The notes under the pieces were generated by a model. That model was given only the letters and a program-made list of their open reading frames with translations. It had not been told where the DNA came from and searched no databases. A DNA stretch of 64,000 bases, taken from the NCBI GenBank assembly GCA_946630725.1, contig CAMOZB010000004.1, positions 50,398-114,397 on the forward strand, written 5' to 3'. A program made the position numbers and the translations under genes. Positions 1-9,416 of this stretch are shown piece by piece. The stretch comes from an uncultured Lachnospiraceae bacterium (GTDB taxonomy: Bacteria; Bacillota; Clostridia; Lachnospirales; Lachnospiraceae). Every line of letters starts with the position of its first letter. The first letter of the stretch is position 1.

Positions 1-2843
1 ACTTCTCCCGAATCCTTAGAGAAGGTTGCATCATTTAGTGCTTCTTTATCATATATATAAGCGTATACAAAGCCCGCAAGATCCGCCGCATTACCGGATG
101 AGTATCCATTTGGAATAACAACTGTAACAGAGACCTCAGGAGCTGTATATGGCGCATAGGATATGAACAGGGCGTGAGCCGGCCGGTCCTCTCCTTCCTG
201 CGCTGTACCGGTTTTTCCTGCTACCTCAACATTTATAGAATTAAGAAGCTTGTTCTTCTGCAGGTCGTCCGTAACAACCATTCTCATTCCTGTATGAACC
301 TGATTCCAAAGACCATCATCTATATTAACCTGAGAGGCTATAGTATGATTCGAAGTCTTAACAACATTTCCTTCGTAATCCGTTATTTTGTTCATAAGTG
401 ACAGATTGTAACACGTTCCGTTATTTGCAATCGTGGTTACATATCTGGATAGCTGTACGGGAGCATATGCATGTGTACCCTGACCGATAGCACTTGTAAC
501 AGCATCGTTATTAGAAAAATGCGGTTCTATCTCTTCTATCTCGACTCCGGATTTTTCTGTTAGACCAAACATTCCGGCATATTTCTTAAGGCTTGCCAGA
601 CCTTCATCATCTATATACGTTCCTGATCTTGATGCGAGCCTGTAACCTACCGTAAAGAAGAAATAGTTACACGATACATCAAGTGCTGTAGGAATATTGA
701 TTGAACCATGTGTCAGATGGTAATCTCTGTATATCCAGCACTTTGGCTTAGTATATACATCTTCAAACACACCAAGGTCGGTTATATACTCATCGAGTCC
801 GAGTACATTTTCCGAAACACCGGATATAGCTGATATCGGTTTAAAGGTTGATCCCGGAGCAGTTCTCATCATTGTAGCTCTGTTATAGAGCGGATCTGTA
901 TGATCCTCAAGAAGAGAATTATAATAATCAGGATCAACATAGTTTGTCAGATAATTATTATCATAGCTTGGGTAGCTTACCATAGCTCTGATTTCACCTG
1001 TATTAACATCAGTAACTACAACTGCACCAGAACAAGGTGTAAGTGCAAGCATAGCAGGTGTAATCTCAAGTGAATTAATCTTCGAGATTATAAAATTGAA
1101 AGGACTAATAGAACCTGAGCGGAAGCTTTCATACTCTGCATCACTATCTGCATCAAGTACTCCCTGGTCATACAGTAGATTTATTACATCGTGACCGGAT
1201 ATGATACCTTCACGCAGCATATTGGTGATAACTCTGTTGTTAAAGTCAGTATCATCCTGCAGATAATCGATTATATAATCGATAAGCATATTGTAGATTT
1301 CTTCAGAGTCATAATACTTATCATCTTCTTGAATCGATGTAGTGTCGATTGCTTCTACACTGATCAGGTACCTGAGAAAATCCTGAAGAGATGTCTGATT
1401 ATTTGTATAATCGAGAAACTCTTTAGAATTCTGGTTTACAGCACCGGTATTATATATACCTTGTTTACTGAGCATCTCACAAACATATTCACAATAATCC
1501 TTATATTCAGCACTCAGATCCTTAAGCGGAGCCGGATTATCAGTAAGTATACCCTCTACCGTTTCAAGTGTAGTCTTCTGCTTGGAAACGAAGCTTTTAT
1601 AGGTGTTTCGCTCAAGTTCCGATGCTCCGGATTTATACATATCAGAAAGCTTTATCATATTATTTTTGAAGAAAGCAGCATAAACCTCAGTTATAGCGAT
1701 AAGCTTCTGTGGATTACCCTCAGCTGTATAAGCCATATCAACTATCTTGGAAACAAGTACAGATGCTATCTCTTTCTCGAGCATATCATAGCAATATTTC
1801 TGAAGATCAGTATCTATTGTCAGATAAACATCATTTCCGGCAATTGAAGGAGTATCCTTGGTAACTTCGATGACCTTACCCAGATTATCAACATAAAGAG
1901 TCTGTTCACCATCAGTTCCGTGAAGATCAGTTTCATAAACCTTCTCTATACCGGATTTTCCGACAACATCCCTACTGTCATACTTCTTCTCGCCAAGCTG
2001 CTCATTCAGCGTATCTATATCTTCCTGAGACGCTTTGCCTACGTAACCGATTATGTGTGAGTAGTATTTTGCTTCATTATATACTCTGCTGGACTCAACC
2101 ATAATGTCCATTCCGAGCAGATTATCCTTGTTTTCAGTTATAGCTGCACGACTCTTTTCAGATATATTGTGAGCTATTTCAACAGGAACATACTGCTGAA
2201 AACGATTCAGCCAGAGATTATATCTGCAGGCAAGTATCTTCATAGCTGTTTCTTCATCATATTCCTTGCCTATCTCAAATAGTTTCTTCAGATACTTAAC
2301 AACAGCCTCAGGTGTGGCATTTAACTGAGAAGGCTTCAGATCTTCAACACTGTCAGCAGCATATACATCCTTAAGAAAGTTCTTAAGTACATTTCCTTTT
2401 ACATTAAATGTATATCTGCCGCCCTTAAGATCAATCCTAAAGCTGGAATCTATATCATCTCCGTTTGTCTCCAAAATATTGAGAGTATTTCCGATGATAC
2501 GATTCTTTAGAACATTCTCGGATATATTCATCCTCTTTGCTTCATCAGGAAGCGAAGTGTCGTTTCCAAATGTAAGTGTGTAGGATATTTTGTTATAAGC
2601 CAGAAGCTTACCATTTACGTCATATATATTTCCTCTGATTGAATTTACCGTCAGAGTCTTCTCGGATTTATATTCAAAGTTTGTGCTGTACTGTTCGCCC
2701 TGTTCTATCTGAATAGTAAAGAGACGGTTGATAAGAAGCACAAAAAGAAAAAGTATTACCAGAGTTACTGGGAATATCCTGCTTCTAACATATTCAAGAG
2801 TGATTTCTTTAAGGGATATAAAAAGATCCTTAAACCACCTCAT
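1..2843 (-). CDS. mrdA: Penicillin-binding protein 2 (class B transpeptidase), 3' end cut by window edge
   Basis: It is absent from the ORF track because it runs off the left edge. My manual minus-strand translation from ATG 2843-2841 (MRWFKDLFISLKEITLEYVRSRIFPVTLVILFLF...) stays open to position 1, about 947 codons. It has an N-terminal TM helix and the motifs RGNIYDVNGKLLAYN and SHIIGYVG. The catalytic motifs are SxxK = STFK (Ser codon 851-849), SxN = SCN and KTG = KTGTA (about 215-200). The start overlaps the mreD stop by 14 nt, and mreC-mreD-pbp2 is the usual gene order. Confidence 0.85.
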   Translation of the reverse strand, partial: MRWFKDLFISLKEITLEYVRSRIFPVTLVILFLFVLLINRLFTIQIEQGEQYSTNFEYKSEKTLTVNSIRGNIYDVNGKLLAYNKISYTLTFGNDTSLPDEAKRMNISENVLKNRIIGNTLNILETNGDDIDSSFRIDLKGGRYTFNVKGNVLKNFLKDVYAADSVEDLKPSQLNATPEAVVKYLKKLFEIGKEYDEETAMKILACRYNLWLNRFQQYVPVEIAHNISEKSRAAITENKDNLLGMDIMVESSRVYNEAKYYSHIIGYVGKASQEDIDTLNEQLGEKKYDSRDVVGKSGIEKVYETDLHGTDGEQTLYVDNLGKVIEVTKDTPSIAGNDVYLTIDTDLQKYCYDMLEKEIASVLVSKIVDMAYTAEGNPQKLIAITEVYAAFFKNNMIKLSDMYKSGASELERNTYKSFVSKQKTTLETVEGILTDNPAPLKDLSAEYKDYCEYVCEMLSKQGIYNTGAVNQNSKEFLDYTNNQTSLQDFLRYLISVEAIDTTSIQEDDKYYDSEEIYNMLIDYIIDYLQDDTDFNNRVITNMLREGIISGHDVINLLYDQGVLDADSDAEYESFRSGSISPFNFIISKINSLEITPAMLALTPCSGAVVVTDVNTGEIRAMVSYPSYDNNYLTNYVDPDYYNSLLEDHTDPLYNRATMMRTAPGSTFKPISAISGVSENVLGLDEYITDLGVFEDVYTKPKCWIYRDYHLTHGSINIPTALDVSCNYFFFTVGYRLASRSGTYIDDEGLASLKKYAGMFGLTEKSGVEIEEIEPHFSNNDAVTSAIGQGTHAYAPVQLSRYVTTIANNGTCYNLSLMNKITDYEGNVVKTSNHTIASQVNIDDGLWNQVHTGMRMVVTDDLQKNKLLNSINVEVAGKTGTAQEGEDRPAHALFISYAPYTAPEVSVTVVIPNGYSSGNAADLAGFVYAYIYDKEALNDATFSKDSGE

Positions 2844-3342
2844 TTTCGCCTGCCCTCTTCTTTAAAAATTTATTTAAAAATACATAAAATCTGTATATGA
2901 TGATAGTTGCAAGAGCCGTAAACAGCATCTGAGGAAGAACAATATGTGTCATATAATAGAACATATGTGTCCTGTTTCTCAGAAGAAATGCAGCTACATA
3001 TATAACAAAGTTAAATACAATCTCATCTACAATGATAATGATAACCGGCATCAAAACGTCTTCCATAAGAAATTCCTTATGGAAGGCGCCGTTCAAATAA
3101 CCAATTATCATAAATAAAAACATATATGGACCTATCAGGGTGCCGAAAAATATGTCATACAGGAAGCCACAGAAAAAACCGGTAAGCATTCCTTCTCTTC
3201 TGCCTCGCATGATACCAAAGGACATGGTAAGAATAAGCAGAAGATTCGGTGCAATACCCCTGACATTTTGAAATGAAAACAAAACGCTTTGTAAAAGAAA
3301 AGAAATAATAATAAGTATGAAAATAGAAATAATTCTACGCAT
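2830..3342 (-). CDS. mreD: Rod shape-determining protein MreD
   Basis: A 170-aa polytopic hydrophobic protein. It has a TAATG-type 1-nt overlap with mreC. Size and position between mreC and PBP2 are typical, but the sequence itself is only weakly diagnostic. Confidence 0.75.
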   Translation of the reverse strand: MRRIISIFILIIISFLLQSVLFSFQNVRGIAPNLLLILTMSFGIMRGRREGMLTGFFCGFLYDIFFGTLIGPYMFLFMIIGYLNGAFHKEFLMEDVLMPVIIIIVDEIVFNFVIYVAAFLLRNRTHMFYYMTHIVLPQMLFTALATIIIYRFYVFLNKFLKKRAGENEVV

Positions 3343-4193
3343 TAATAATTCACTTCCTGTTTACGATCAAGTATTACAAGCACATCCTTGATATCCGAGA
3401 AATTTACTGTAAGTGTTATGTGTGCTGTCTGAGTCAGATTGTTTGAATCCTGCTCGACGCTTGTAACATAACCGATTGTGATACCATATAGGTATCTATC
3501 AGAAACACTTGATGTTATAACCTTATCGCCTTCGCTGACAACTGCATTTTTATCAATATCAGTAGCAATGAGATAACCATCATCTATAGTCTGAAGACTA
3601 CCCTCAACATTGCACAGATAACCGGCAGAGCCAATCTCTGCAGTAACATTTGCTCTGTCATCTATAATTGCTCTTACTTTGGCATAGTCGTCGTAGGATT
3701 CTACCACTATTCCGAGAAGGCCTTCATCACAGATAACGTTGCAGCCTTCATAAACATCATCATTAAGTCCCTTATTTATATAGAACTCATTAAACCATCC
3801 TGATGAATTAACAGAGAAAATGCGTGCGGCTGTTTTCTTGTAGTCAGGATACATCTCATCAAGCTCATAGAGATCACGGAGAGTCTGAAGCTCTGCAAGC
3901 TCAGCCTCCTGCTTACCAAGTTCATTCTGATATTCAGCAACCTCTTTTTTAAGGGATTCGTTCTCTTCCTTTAGCTCTTTAACATCACCGAACACTTGAA
4001 CCTTGTCATCAAACCATGATCCGATGTCATTTGCTCCCTGCTGAAGAGGAGTCATAAGCTTTCCGGTAAAATCTTTTATAGGTCTGACAGCGTCAGGGAA
4101 AAATGCAGACACCAGAGTCAGAGCTATACAGATAATCGAAAGTGCAATAAGCAGATATTTAGGACTTATATCTTTTTTTCTATCACTTTTCAT
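3342..4193 (-). CDS. mreC: Rod shape-determining protein MreC
   Basis: 283 aa with an N-terminal TM anchor. A coiled-coil follows (KELKEENESLKKEVAEYQNELGKQEAELAELQ), then a beta-rich C-terminal domain. This is typical MreC architecture. Confidence 0.88.
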   Translation of the reverse strand: MKSDRKKDISPKYLLIALSIICIALTLVSAFFPDAVRPIKDFTGKLMTPLQQGANDIGSWFDDKVQVFGDVKELKEENESLKKEVAEYQNELGKQEAELAELQTLRDLYELDEMYPDYKKTAARIFSVNSSGWFNEFYINKGLNDDVYEGCNVICDEGLLGIVVESYDDYAKVRAIIDDRANVTAEIGSAGYLCNVEGSLQTIDDGYLIATDIDKNAVVSEGDKVITSSVSDRYLYGITIGYVTSVEQDSNNLTQTAHITLTVNFSDIKDVLVILDRKQEVNY

Positions 4194-4217
4194 ATCTCAC
4201 CTGTTCTTTAAAATGTT

Positions 4218-4910
4218 TTATATCAGTTCCAATGATGACAGACTGGAATATATGCCGTCTCCTATTATTATATGATCCAGAAGAGGGACACCCAGAGTCT
4301 TGCCAACACTTTTTATATCCTTTGATATTAATATATCCATCTCGCTGGGAGTCGGGTCTCCTGACGGATGATTATGCACAAGTATCACAGCAGCTGCATT
4401 TGCCATAAATGCTTCTTTAAAAAGCTCTCTGGGTGATAATATACTTCTGTTGATACTTCCCTCAGAAAGCAGAACACTGTGCATATACTCATTACTGCTT
4501 GAAGTAAAAACAGCATATACTCTCTCTTTTGTCAGAAATCTGAGTTGTTCCATAAAATAATCCGCAACAGTATCAGAATCATTGAAGCATATCTCCTTCT
4601 TCTTATGTTCTGATGACATTCTGCGGGATATTTCTGTTAATGCCATAATCTGACTTGCTTTTGTTAGACCAATCCCCTGTATCTGCATCAAGTCATTTAT
4701 ATGTCTGTAATTCAGTCCATATAGACCTTTATGCATAGGATGATCATTAAGTATCCTCTGTGCAAGCTCAATGACACTTACTTCTTTTGTTCCGGTGCGT
4801 AGTATAATGGCCAGAAGCTCTGCATCTGACAAACACTGGGCACCATGTTCTTTTAGTTTTTCGATAGGTTTTTCATGGTCAACCATATCGGCTATTCGGG
4901 TTCTGTTCAT
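4218..4910 (-). CDS. radC: RadC-family JAB/MPN domain protein
   Basis: 230 aa with an N-terminal HhH region. It carries the JAMM motif HNHPSGDPTPSEMD and sits upstream of the mre genes, as in many Firmicutes. Confidence 0.9.
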   Translation of the reverse strand: MNRTRIADMVDHEKPIEKLKEHGAQCLSDAELLAIILRTGTKEVSVIELAQRILNDHPMHKGLYGLNYRHINDLMQIQGIGLTKASQIMALTEISRRMSSEHKKKEICFNDSDTVADYFMEQLRFLTKERVYAVFTSSSNEYMHSVLLSEGSINRSILSPRELFKEAFMANAAAVILVHNHPSGDPTPSEMDILISKDIKSVGKTLGVPLLDHIIIGDGIYSSLSSLELI

Positions 4911-4967
4911 TTATCCTCCGTTCTACCTAAACGCGTGGAAGGAATAAATGTCATAGATATGGCTAGT

Positions 4968-6263
4968 TTACCATAATATGAGTTTTTTATCTACTATTTT
5001 CTGTAGAGACATCATAATACCGAGCTTAGCGTGTGGGTATGTAAGTCCACCCTGGAAATATACCGCATAAGGCTCTTTTATAGGTGCATCAGCTGAAAGC
5101 TCTATAGATGCTCCGGATACAAATGCACCTGCAGCCATTATGACATCACAGTCATATCCCGGCATAGCCCATGGTACAGGTTTAACATAGCTGTCTACCG
5201 GAGCTGCCGATTGTATACCTTCGCAGAAGGCTTCTATAAGCTCAGGCTTACCAAGCACTACTGATTCTATGATATCATATCTGTCTTCATCCTTATCAGG
5301 AATAGCTTTAAATCCAAGTCCTTCATATACATTTGCTGCAAATATAGCTCCTTTAAGAGCCGCAGCTGTTACAACAGGTGCAAGGAAAAGTCCCTGCGCC
5401 ATCTGCATAGTAACTCCAAGAGATGCACCCACTTCTTTTCCTATGCCCGGTGTAATAAGTCTTGCGGCACAGTTTTCTATACATTCATGAGTTCCACATA
5501 TATAGCCCCCTATCGGAGCCAGACCTCCGCCGATGTTCTTGATAAGTGAACCGACTACCATGTCTGCACCTACATCAGATGGCTCATTAGTTTCTACGAA
5601 TTCACCATAGCAGTTATCTACCATGATAATTATTTTCTTATTCCTTTCCTCTTCTATCTTTCTGATAAAGCTTATAACCTCACCTATAGCTTCAACAGAA
5701 AGTGATGGTCTGGTATCGTAACCCTTTGATCGCTGTATCTCAATAAGTCTGGTTTTATCGTTAATAGCCTCTCTTATACCATCAAAATCCCATGATCCAT
5801 CTTCTTTAAGATCAACCTGATTATAGGTTATCCCAAACTCGGCTAGACTGCCCTTTTCAGGTCTTACACCAATAACCCCCTGTAGAGTGTCATAGACAGA
5901 ACCTGCTACTGAAAGTATCTCATCACCCGGACGAAGATTTCCTGCAAGTGCAATTGTAAGTGCATGTGTTCCACAGGTTATCTGTTGTCTGACGAGCGCA
6001 TCCTCAGTATGAAAAACCTCTGCATATATCTTCTCGAGAGTATCTCGTCCGGAATCATTATAGCCATAGCCGGTTGTACCCTTCAGATGCTCCTCAGCCA
6101 GTCGACACTTAGCCATAGCCTGCTGTACCTTAAGCTGGTTAAACTCTGCTACCTTGTCTATGGCATCATATCTGTCCTTTAGTTTTTCTTCAATTTCACT
6201 GCAGTAATCATAAACCTTTTCTGATATTCCGCATTTCTCATAATAATCCTTTAGACTTAACAT
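4968..6263 (-). CDS. PLP-dependent Cys/Met-metabolism family protein (YnbB / 'aluminium resistance' type)
   Basis: 431 aa. The N-terminus and length resemble the YnbB-like methionine gamma-lyase family, which is commonly found after miaA/hfq in Firmicutes. The 7-nt overlap with the miaA stop suggests co-transcription. Confidence 0.65.
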   Translation of the reverse strand: MLSLKDYYEKCGISEKVYDYCSEIEEKLKDRYDAIDKVAEFNQLKVQQAMAKCRLAEEHLKGTTGYGYNDSGRDTLEKIYAEVFHTEDALVRQQITCGTHALTIALAGNLRPGDEILSVAGSVYDTLQGVIGVRPEKGSLAEFGITYNQVDLKEDGSWDFDGIREAINDKTRLIEIQRSKGYDTRPSLSVEAIGEVISFIRKIEEERNKKIIIMVDNCYGEFVETNEPSDVGADMVVGSLIKNIGGGLAPIGGYICGTHECIENCAARLITPGIGKEVGASLGVTMQMAQGLFLAPVVTAAALKGAIFAANVYEGLGFKAIPDKDEDRYDIIESVVLGKPELIEAFCEGIQSAAPVDSYVKPVPWAMPGYDCDVIMAAGAFVSGASIELSADAPIKEPYAVYFQGGLTYPHAKLGIMMSLQKIVDKKLILW

Positions 6264-7285
6264 ATCTTTTCCTTTATATATTCAAGAATCCTTTCATCTG
6301 TTTTTTCAGAATCAAGCTGATAATTATCTGAATAGGTATCCTTGTCCAGCCAGATAACATCTCTTTCTCTTCTGAACCATGTAAGCTGCCTCTTAGCAAA
6401 ATGTCTGGTGTTCAGCTTTATTTTTTCAAATGCAGCGTTGATGATTCTAGCATATTCTTCTGAATCTGTCTCTATATTTTGCTCTTCTATAATATTCAGA
6501 GCTTCCAATATCTCTTTATAGCCTATTGCCTGCATGGATGTCATACTGCTGTTTACTCCTCTTTTCTTAAGGTTGATAACCTCATCAAGGAGTCCACCAT
6601 CTCTCATGATATCTACTCTTTTGTTTATTCTCTGATATAACTTGTCCCTATTCATAGTTAGAACAAAGTAATAGCTGTCATATGCTGACTCCTTACTTCG
6701 TTCTGCCCGATTATGCTCGGATATAGGTGTTTTATGAATATGATAAAACTCAAGAGCCCTTATGACCTTACGTACATTATTTTTATGTATCATTTTGGCA
6801 GAAACAGGATCGACATTAGTAAGCTCATCATATAACTTATCTATATTTCCTGTTTCTTCTACATATTTCTCAAGCATATCACGGTAGCTTCTATCGGACG
6901 CATCTTCTTTATTATCGCCATCAAAAGCTATATCGTAAATAAGCGCCTGGATATAGAATCCGGTGCCGCCGACAACAATAGGTATGTGACCGCGGCTGTA
7001 TATCTCATTTACAATTCTTTTTGCATCACTTTGGAAAACTGTTACATCAAAAGAAAAGTCAGGCTCATATACATCTATCAAATGATGCTTAACCCCCTGC
7101 ATCTCATCTTCTGTCACCTTTGCACTGCCTATATCCAGTCCCTTATATACCTGAGCTGAATCAGCAGAAATGATCTCGCCATCTATCGCTTTAGCAAGCT
7201 TAATGGACAAATCAGTTTTTCCAACGGCAGTTGGTCCCGTAAGTATAATCAGTTTATTTTTATCAGTTTTATCCGAAGCATTCAA
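6257..7285 (-). CDS. miaA: tRNA dimethylallyltransferase
   Basis: 342 aa with the P-loop GPTAVGKT and IISADSAQVYKGLDIGSAK. It lies downstream of mutL, which is the conserved mutS-mutL-miaA order. Confidence 0.95.
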   Translation of the reverse strand: MNASDKTDKNKLIILTGPTAVGKTDLSIKLAKAIDGEIISADSAQVYKGLDIGSAKVTEDEMQGVKHHLIDVYEPDFSFDVTVFQSDAKRIVNEIYSRGHIPIVVGGTGFYIQALIYDIAFDGDNKEDASDRSYRDMLEKYVEETGNIDKLYDELTNVDPVSAKMIHKNNVRKVIRALEFYHIHKTPISEHNRAERSKESAYDSYYFVLTMNRDKLYQRINKRVDIMRDGGLLDEVINLKKRGVNSSMTSMQAIGYKEILEALNIIEEQNIETDSEEYARIINAAFEKIKLNTRHFAKRQLTWFRRERDVIWLDKDTYSDNYQLDSEKTDERILEYIKEKIC

Positions 7286-7329
7286 TTTATGGATATCCTC
7301 TTATACTAAATTATATGTATGATGTATCG

Positions 7330-9288
7330 TTATTCGACAATTCTTTTGAATTTCTTGTCCAGCTCTTCTTTCGTCATTTTAATGATAGTAGGTCTTCCAT
7401 GAGGACAAGTATAAGGATTATCAAGCTTCATCAGCTTTTCGATAAGCTCAATAACTTCTTCCTCTGTTATCTTTTGATTTCCTTTAATCGCAGCCTTACA
7501 TCCCATACTTGCAAGCTTTCTTACAAATATATCCTCTGTAAGTCCGGTGACATCATCAGCCAGATAAGCGACAAGCTCTGTAAAAACATCCTTTCCGTCG
7601 AGACCTATAAGATTAGCAGGAAGTGCTGAAAGCTTAACATCATTTCCACCATAATCCTCAACCTCAAAACCGGTTTTTTTCAGATAATCAAGATGTTCCA
7701 TCGCAGCCTGCTTCTCTCTACCAGACAGATTTATAATAAGTGAAGGGAAAATATTCTGTGAATGTATCTTTCTCTCCTTGAATTCAGCTAGAAATCTCTC
7801 GTAATTAACCTTCTCATGAGCTGCATGTTGATCCATCAGAAACATAACTCCATCATATTCAGTAATCCAATAGGTATCAAAAACCTGACCAACTATTTTA
7901 TGATGTCCTTTAGCTTCCTCAGCCAGGTAGCCCGTTTCAGATAATTCAGCCTGTTCATACTTAATATTATCAACGCTGTCCTTAAGCTTCTCTCTGTACT
8001 CCTTTGGAAGCAGACTCTCAAGAATAGAGAAGCTGTTTGTTTCTATTGGTGCTTCTGCTTCCGGCTTTACTACAGGTGAAGAAACAGGTGTAGATACAGA
8101 TGTAGATTCAGGTGTAGAGAAAGATGTAGACTCATGTGTCGTAGCAGGTCTAGCAGCAGGTGTCGCAGTATATGATGGTGCTGATTCTCTAACCTCCGGC
8201 TCGGTAACATTTCTTACCTCTGCATAATTTTTATTCTCGACCTTTTTTACAGGCTCATATATCTTCTGTGTTGGCTTATAATCAACCTCCGCATCAGGAA
8301 TCATTTCCTTCTTATCAAGAGCATCTCTTACAGCATGAAATACTGCGTGGAACAAAGCCTTTTCATCATCGAACCTGAACTCTCTTTTTGCAGGATGTAC
8401 ATTTACATCCACCATATATGTCGGCACCTCAATAAAAAGCGCTGTATATGGGAATTTATGCTGCATGATATAGGTTTTATAAGCTTCTTCTATTGCACGA
8501 TTTACAACTGCATTTTTTATATAACGCTTATTAACAAAATAGTTCTCAAAGCTTCTGTTTCCCTTTGACAGAAATGGTTTACCGATATATCCATAGACCT
8601 TTATCTGATCATCCTTGTAATCTGCCTCGATAAGACCTTTAGTTATATCCCTTCCGTAAAGACTATATATGGTCTCCTTCAAACGTCCGTCGCCCTGGGT
8701 ATCGATGATGACCTTACCGTTAGAAATAAGCTTTACTGCAACATCAGGATTGGCAAGTGCTATATGAGACATCAGATCATTTATATATGAACCCTCGGTC
8801 ATATTGGTTTTCAGAAACTTAAGTCTGGCCGGTGTATTGAAAAACAGATTTCTGGAAATTATCGTTGTTCCATCAGGAGCACCTATTTCTTTAAATTCTA
8901 CTTCCTTTCCACCATGAATCTCATATCTGATACCAGACATAGCATCATGAGTCTTGGTTATCATCTCAACCTGTGAAACAGCCGCTATAGTTGAAAGCGC
9001 CTCACCTCTGAAACCAAGTGAAGAAATGTTTAAAAGATCGTCAACGTTATCGAGCTTACTCGTAGCATGGCTGAAATATGCTTTTCTGACATCATCTGCC
9101 TCTATGCCGCTTCCGTTATCAGTTACACGAATAAGAGTTGTTCCTCCATCGTTTATCTCAACAGTGATTCTTGTTGCTCCGGCATCTATAGAGTTTTCCA
9201 CAAGTTCTTTAACAACAGAAGCCGGGCGTTCTATAACCTCTCCGGCTGCTATTTTGTCTATCGTATGTTGATCCAGTACTTTAATCAT
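7330..9288 (-). CDS. mutL: DNA mismatch repair protein MutL
   Basis: 652 aa. The GHKL ATPase N-terminus contains IAAGEVIERPASVVKELVENSIDAG. The C-terminal dimerisation/endonuclease region contains DQHAAHEK and CPHGRP. Confidence 0.96.
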   Translation of the reverse strand: MIKVLDQHTIDKIAAGEVIERPASVVKELVENSIDAGATRITVEINDGGTTLIRVTDNGSGIEADDVRKAYFSHATSKLDNVDDLLNISSLGFRGEALSTIAAVSQVEMITKTHDAMSGIRYEIHGGKEVEFKEIGAPDGTTIISRNLFFNTPARLKFLKTNMTEGSYINDLMSHIALANPDVAVKLISNGKVIIDTQGDGRLKETIYSLYGRDITKGLIEADYKDDQIKVYGYIGKPFLSKGNRSFENYFVNKRYIKNAVVNRAIEEAYKTYIMQHKFPYTALFIEVPTYMVDVNVHPAKREFRFDDEKALFHAVFHAVRDALDKKEMIPDAEVDYKPTQKIYEPVKKVENKNYAEVRNVTEPEVRESAPSYTATPAARPATTHESTSFSTPESTSVSTPVSSPVVKPEAEAPIETNSFSILESLLPKEYREKLKDSVDNIKYEQAELSETGYLAEEAKGHHKIVGQVFDTYWITEYDGVMFLMDQHAAHEKVNYERFLAEFKERKIHSQNIFPSLIINLSGREKQAAMEHLDYLKKTGFEVEDYGGNDVKLSALPANLIGLDGKDVFTELVAYLADDVTGLTEDIFVRKLASMGCKAAIKGNQKITEEEVIELIEKLMKLDNPYTCPHGRPTIIKMTKEELDKKFKRIVE

Positions 9289-9294
9289 GTCTAT

Positions 9295-9320
9295 CTATCC
9301 TTTATATCTATCCTTTATAT
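9295..9320 (-). repeat. Tandem 13-nt duplication (CTATCCTTTATAT x2) covering the mutL Shine-Dalgarno region
   Basis: 9295-9307 and 9308-9320 are identical. On the minus strand they read ATATAAAGGATAG twice, directly upstream of the mutL ATG at 9288. Confidence 0.8.
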
Positions 9321-9352
9321 AAATCGAATATATAACTCATAAATAATTGTGC

Positions 9353-9406
9353 AAGTCAGATGTTAAAAATCAGTTTGAAAACACATTTCGAGACCGTTTC
9401 GGGTCT
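9353..9406 (+). repeat. Intergenic sequence blocks shared with the 43.7-kb inverted-repeat element
   Basis: The 13-mer AAGTCAGATGTTA (9353-9365) is identical to 43876-43888. The block TTTCGAGACCGTTTCGGGTCT (9386-9406) matches 43729-43749 except for two 1-nt indels. It contains the small hairpin AGACC/GGTCT. Confidence 0.7.
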
Positions 9407-9416
9407 GTTCAGATGA

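Noticed and set aside
1191-1847. A 218-aa plus-strand ORF. The same applies to many other track ORFs antisense to long genes: 5269-5490, 8954-9271, 10756-11262, 12214-12636, 19810-20601, 21065-21637, 22251-22595, 36378-36779, 43859-44137, 51516-51797, 52402-52911 and 62022-62681.
   Set aside because: All lie antisense to, or nested in, well-supported conserved genes. They have Ile/Leu/Ser/Phe/Cys-biased, low-complexity translations typical of the reverse strand of AT-rich coding DNA. They lack RBSs. I treat them as frame artefacts.
4194-4217. 'Missing' genes in conserved syntenies: no mreB between radC and mreC, no hfq after miaA (6257), no rplS after trmD (48624), and no ABC ATPase in the sugar transporter operon.
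   Set aside because: Absence from a 64-kb window says nothing about the genome. These genes are frequently encoded elsewhere, and CUT1 systems commonly share an MsmK-type ATPase. This is not evidence of anything unusual without the full genome.
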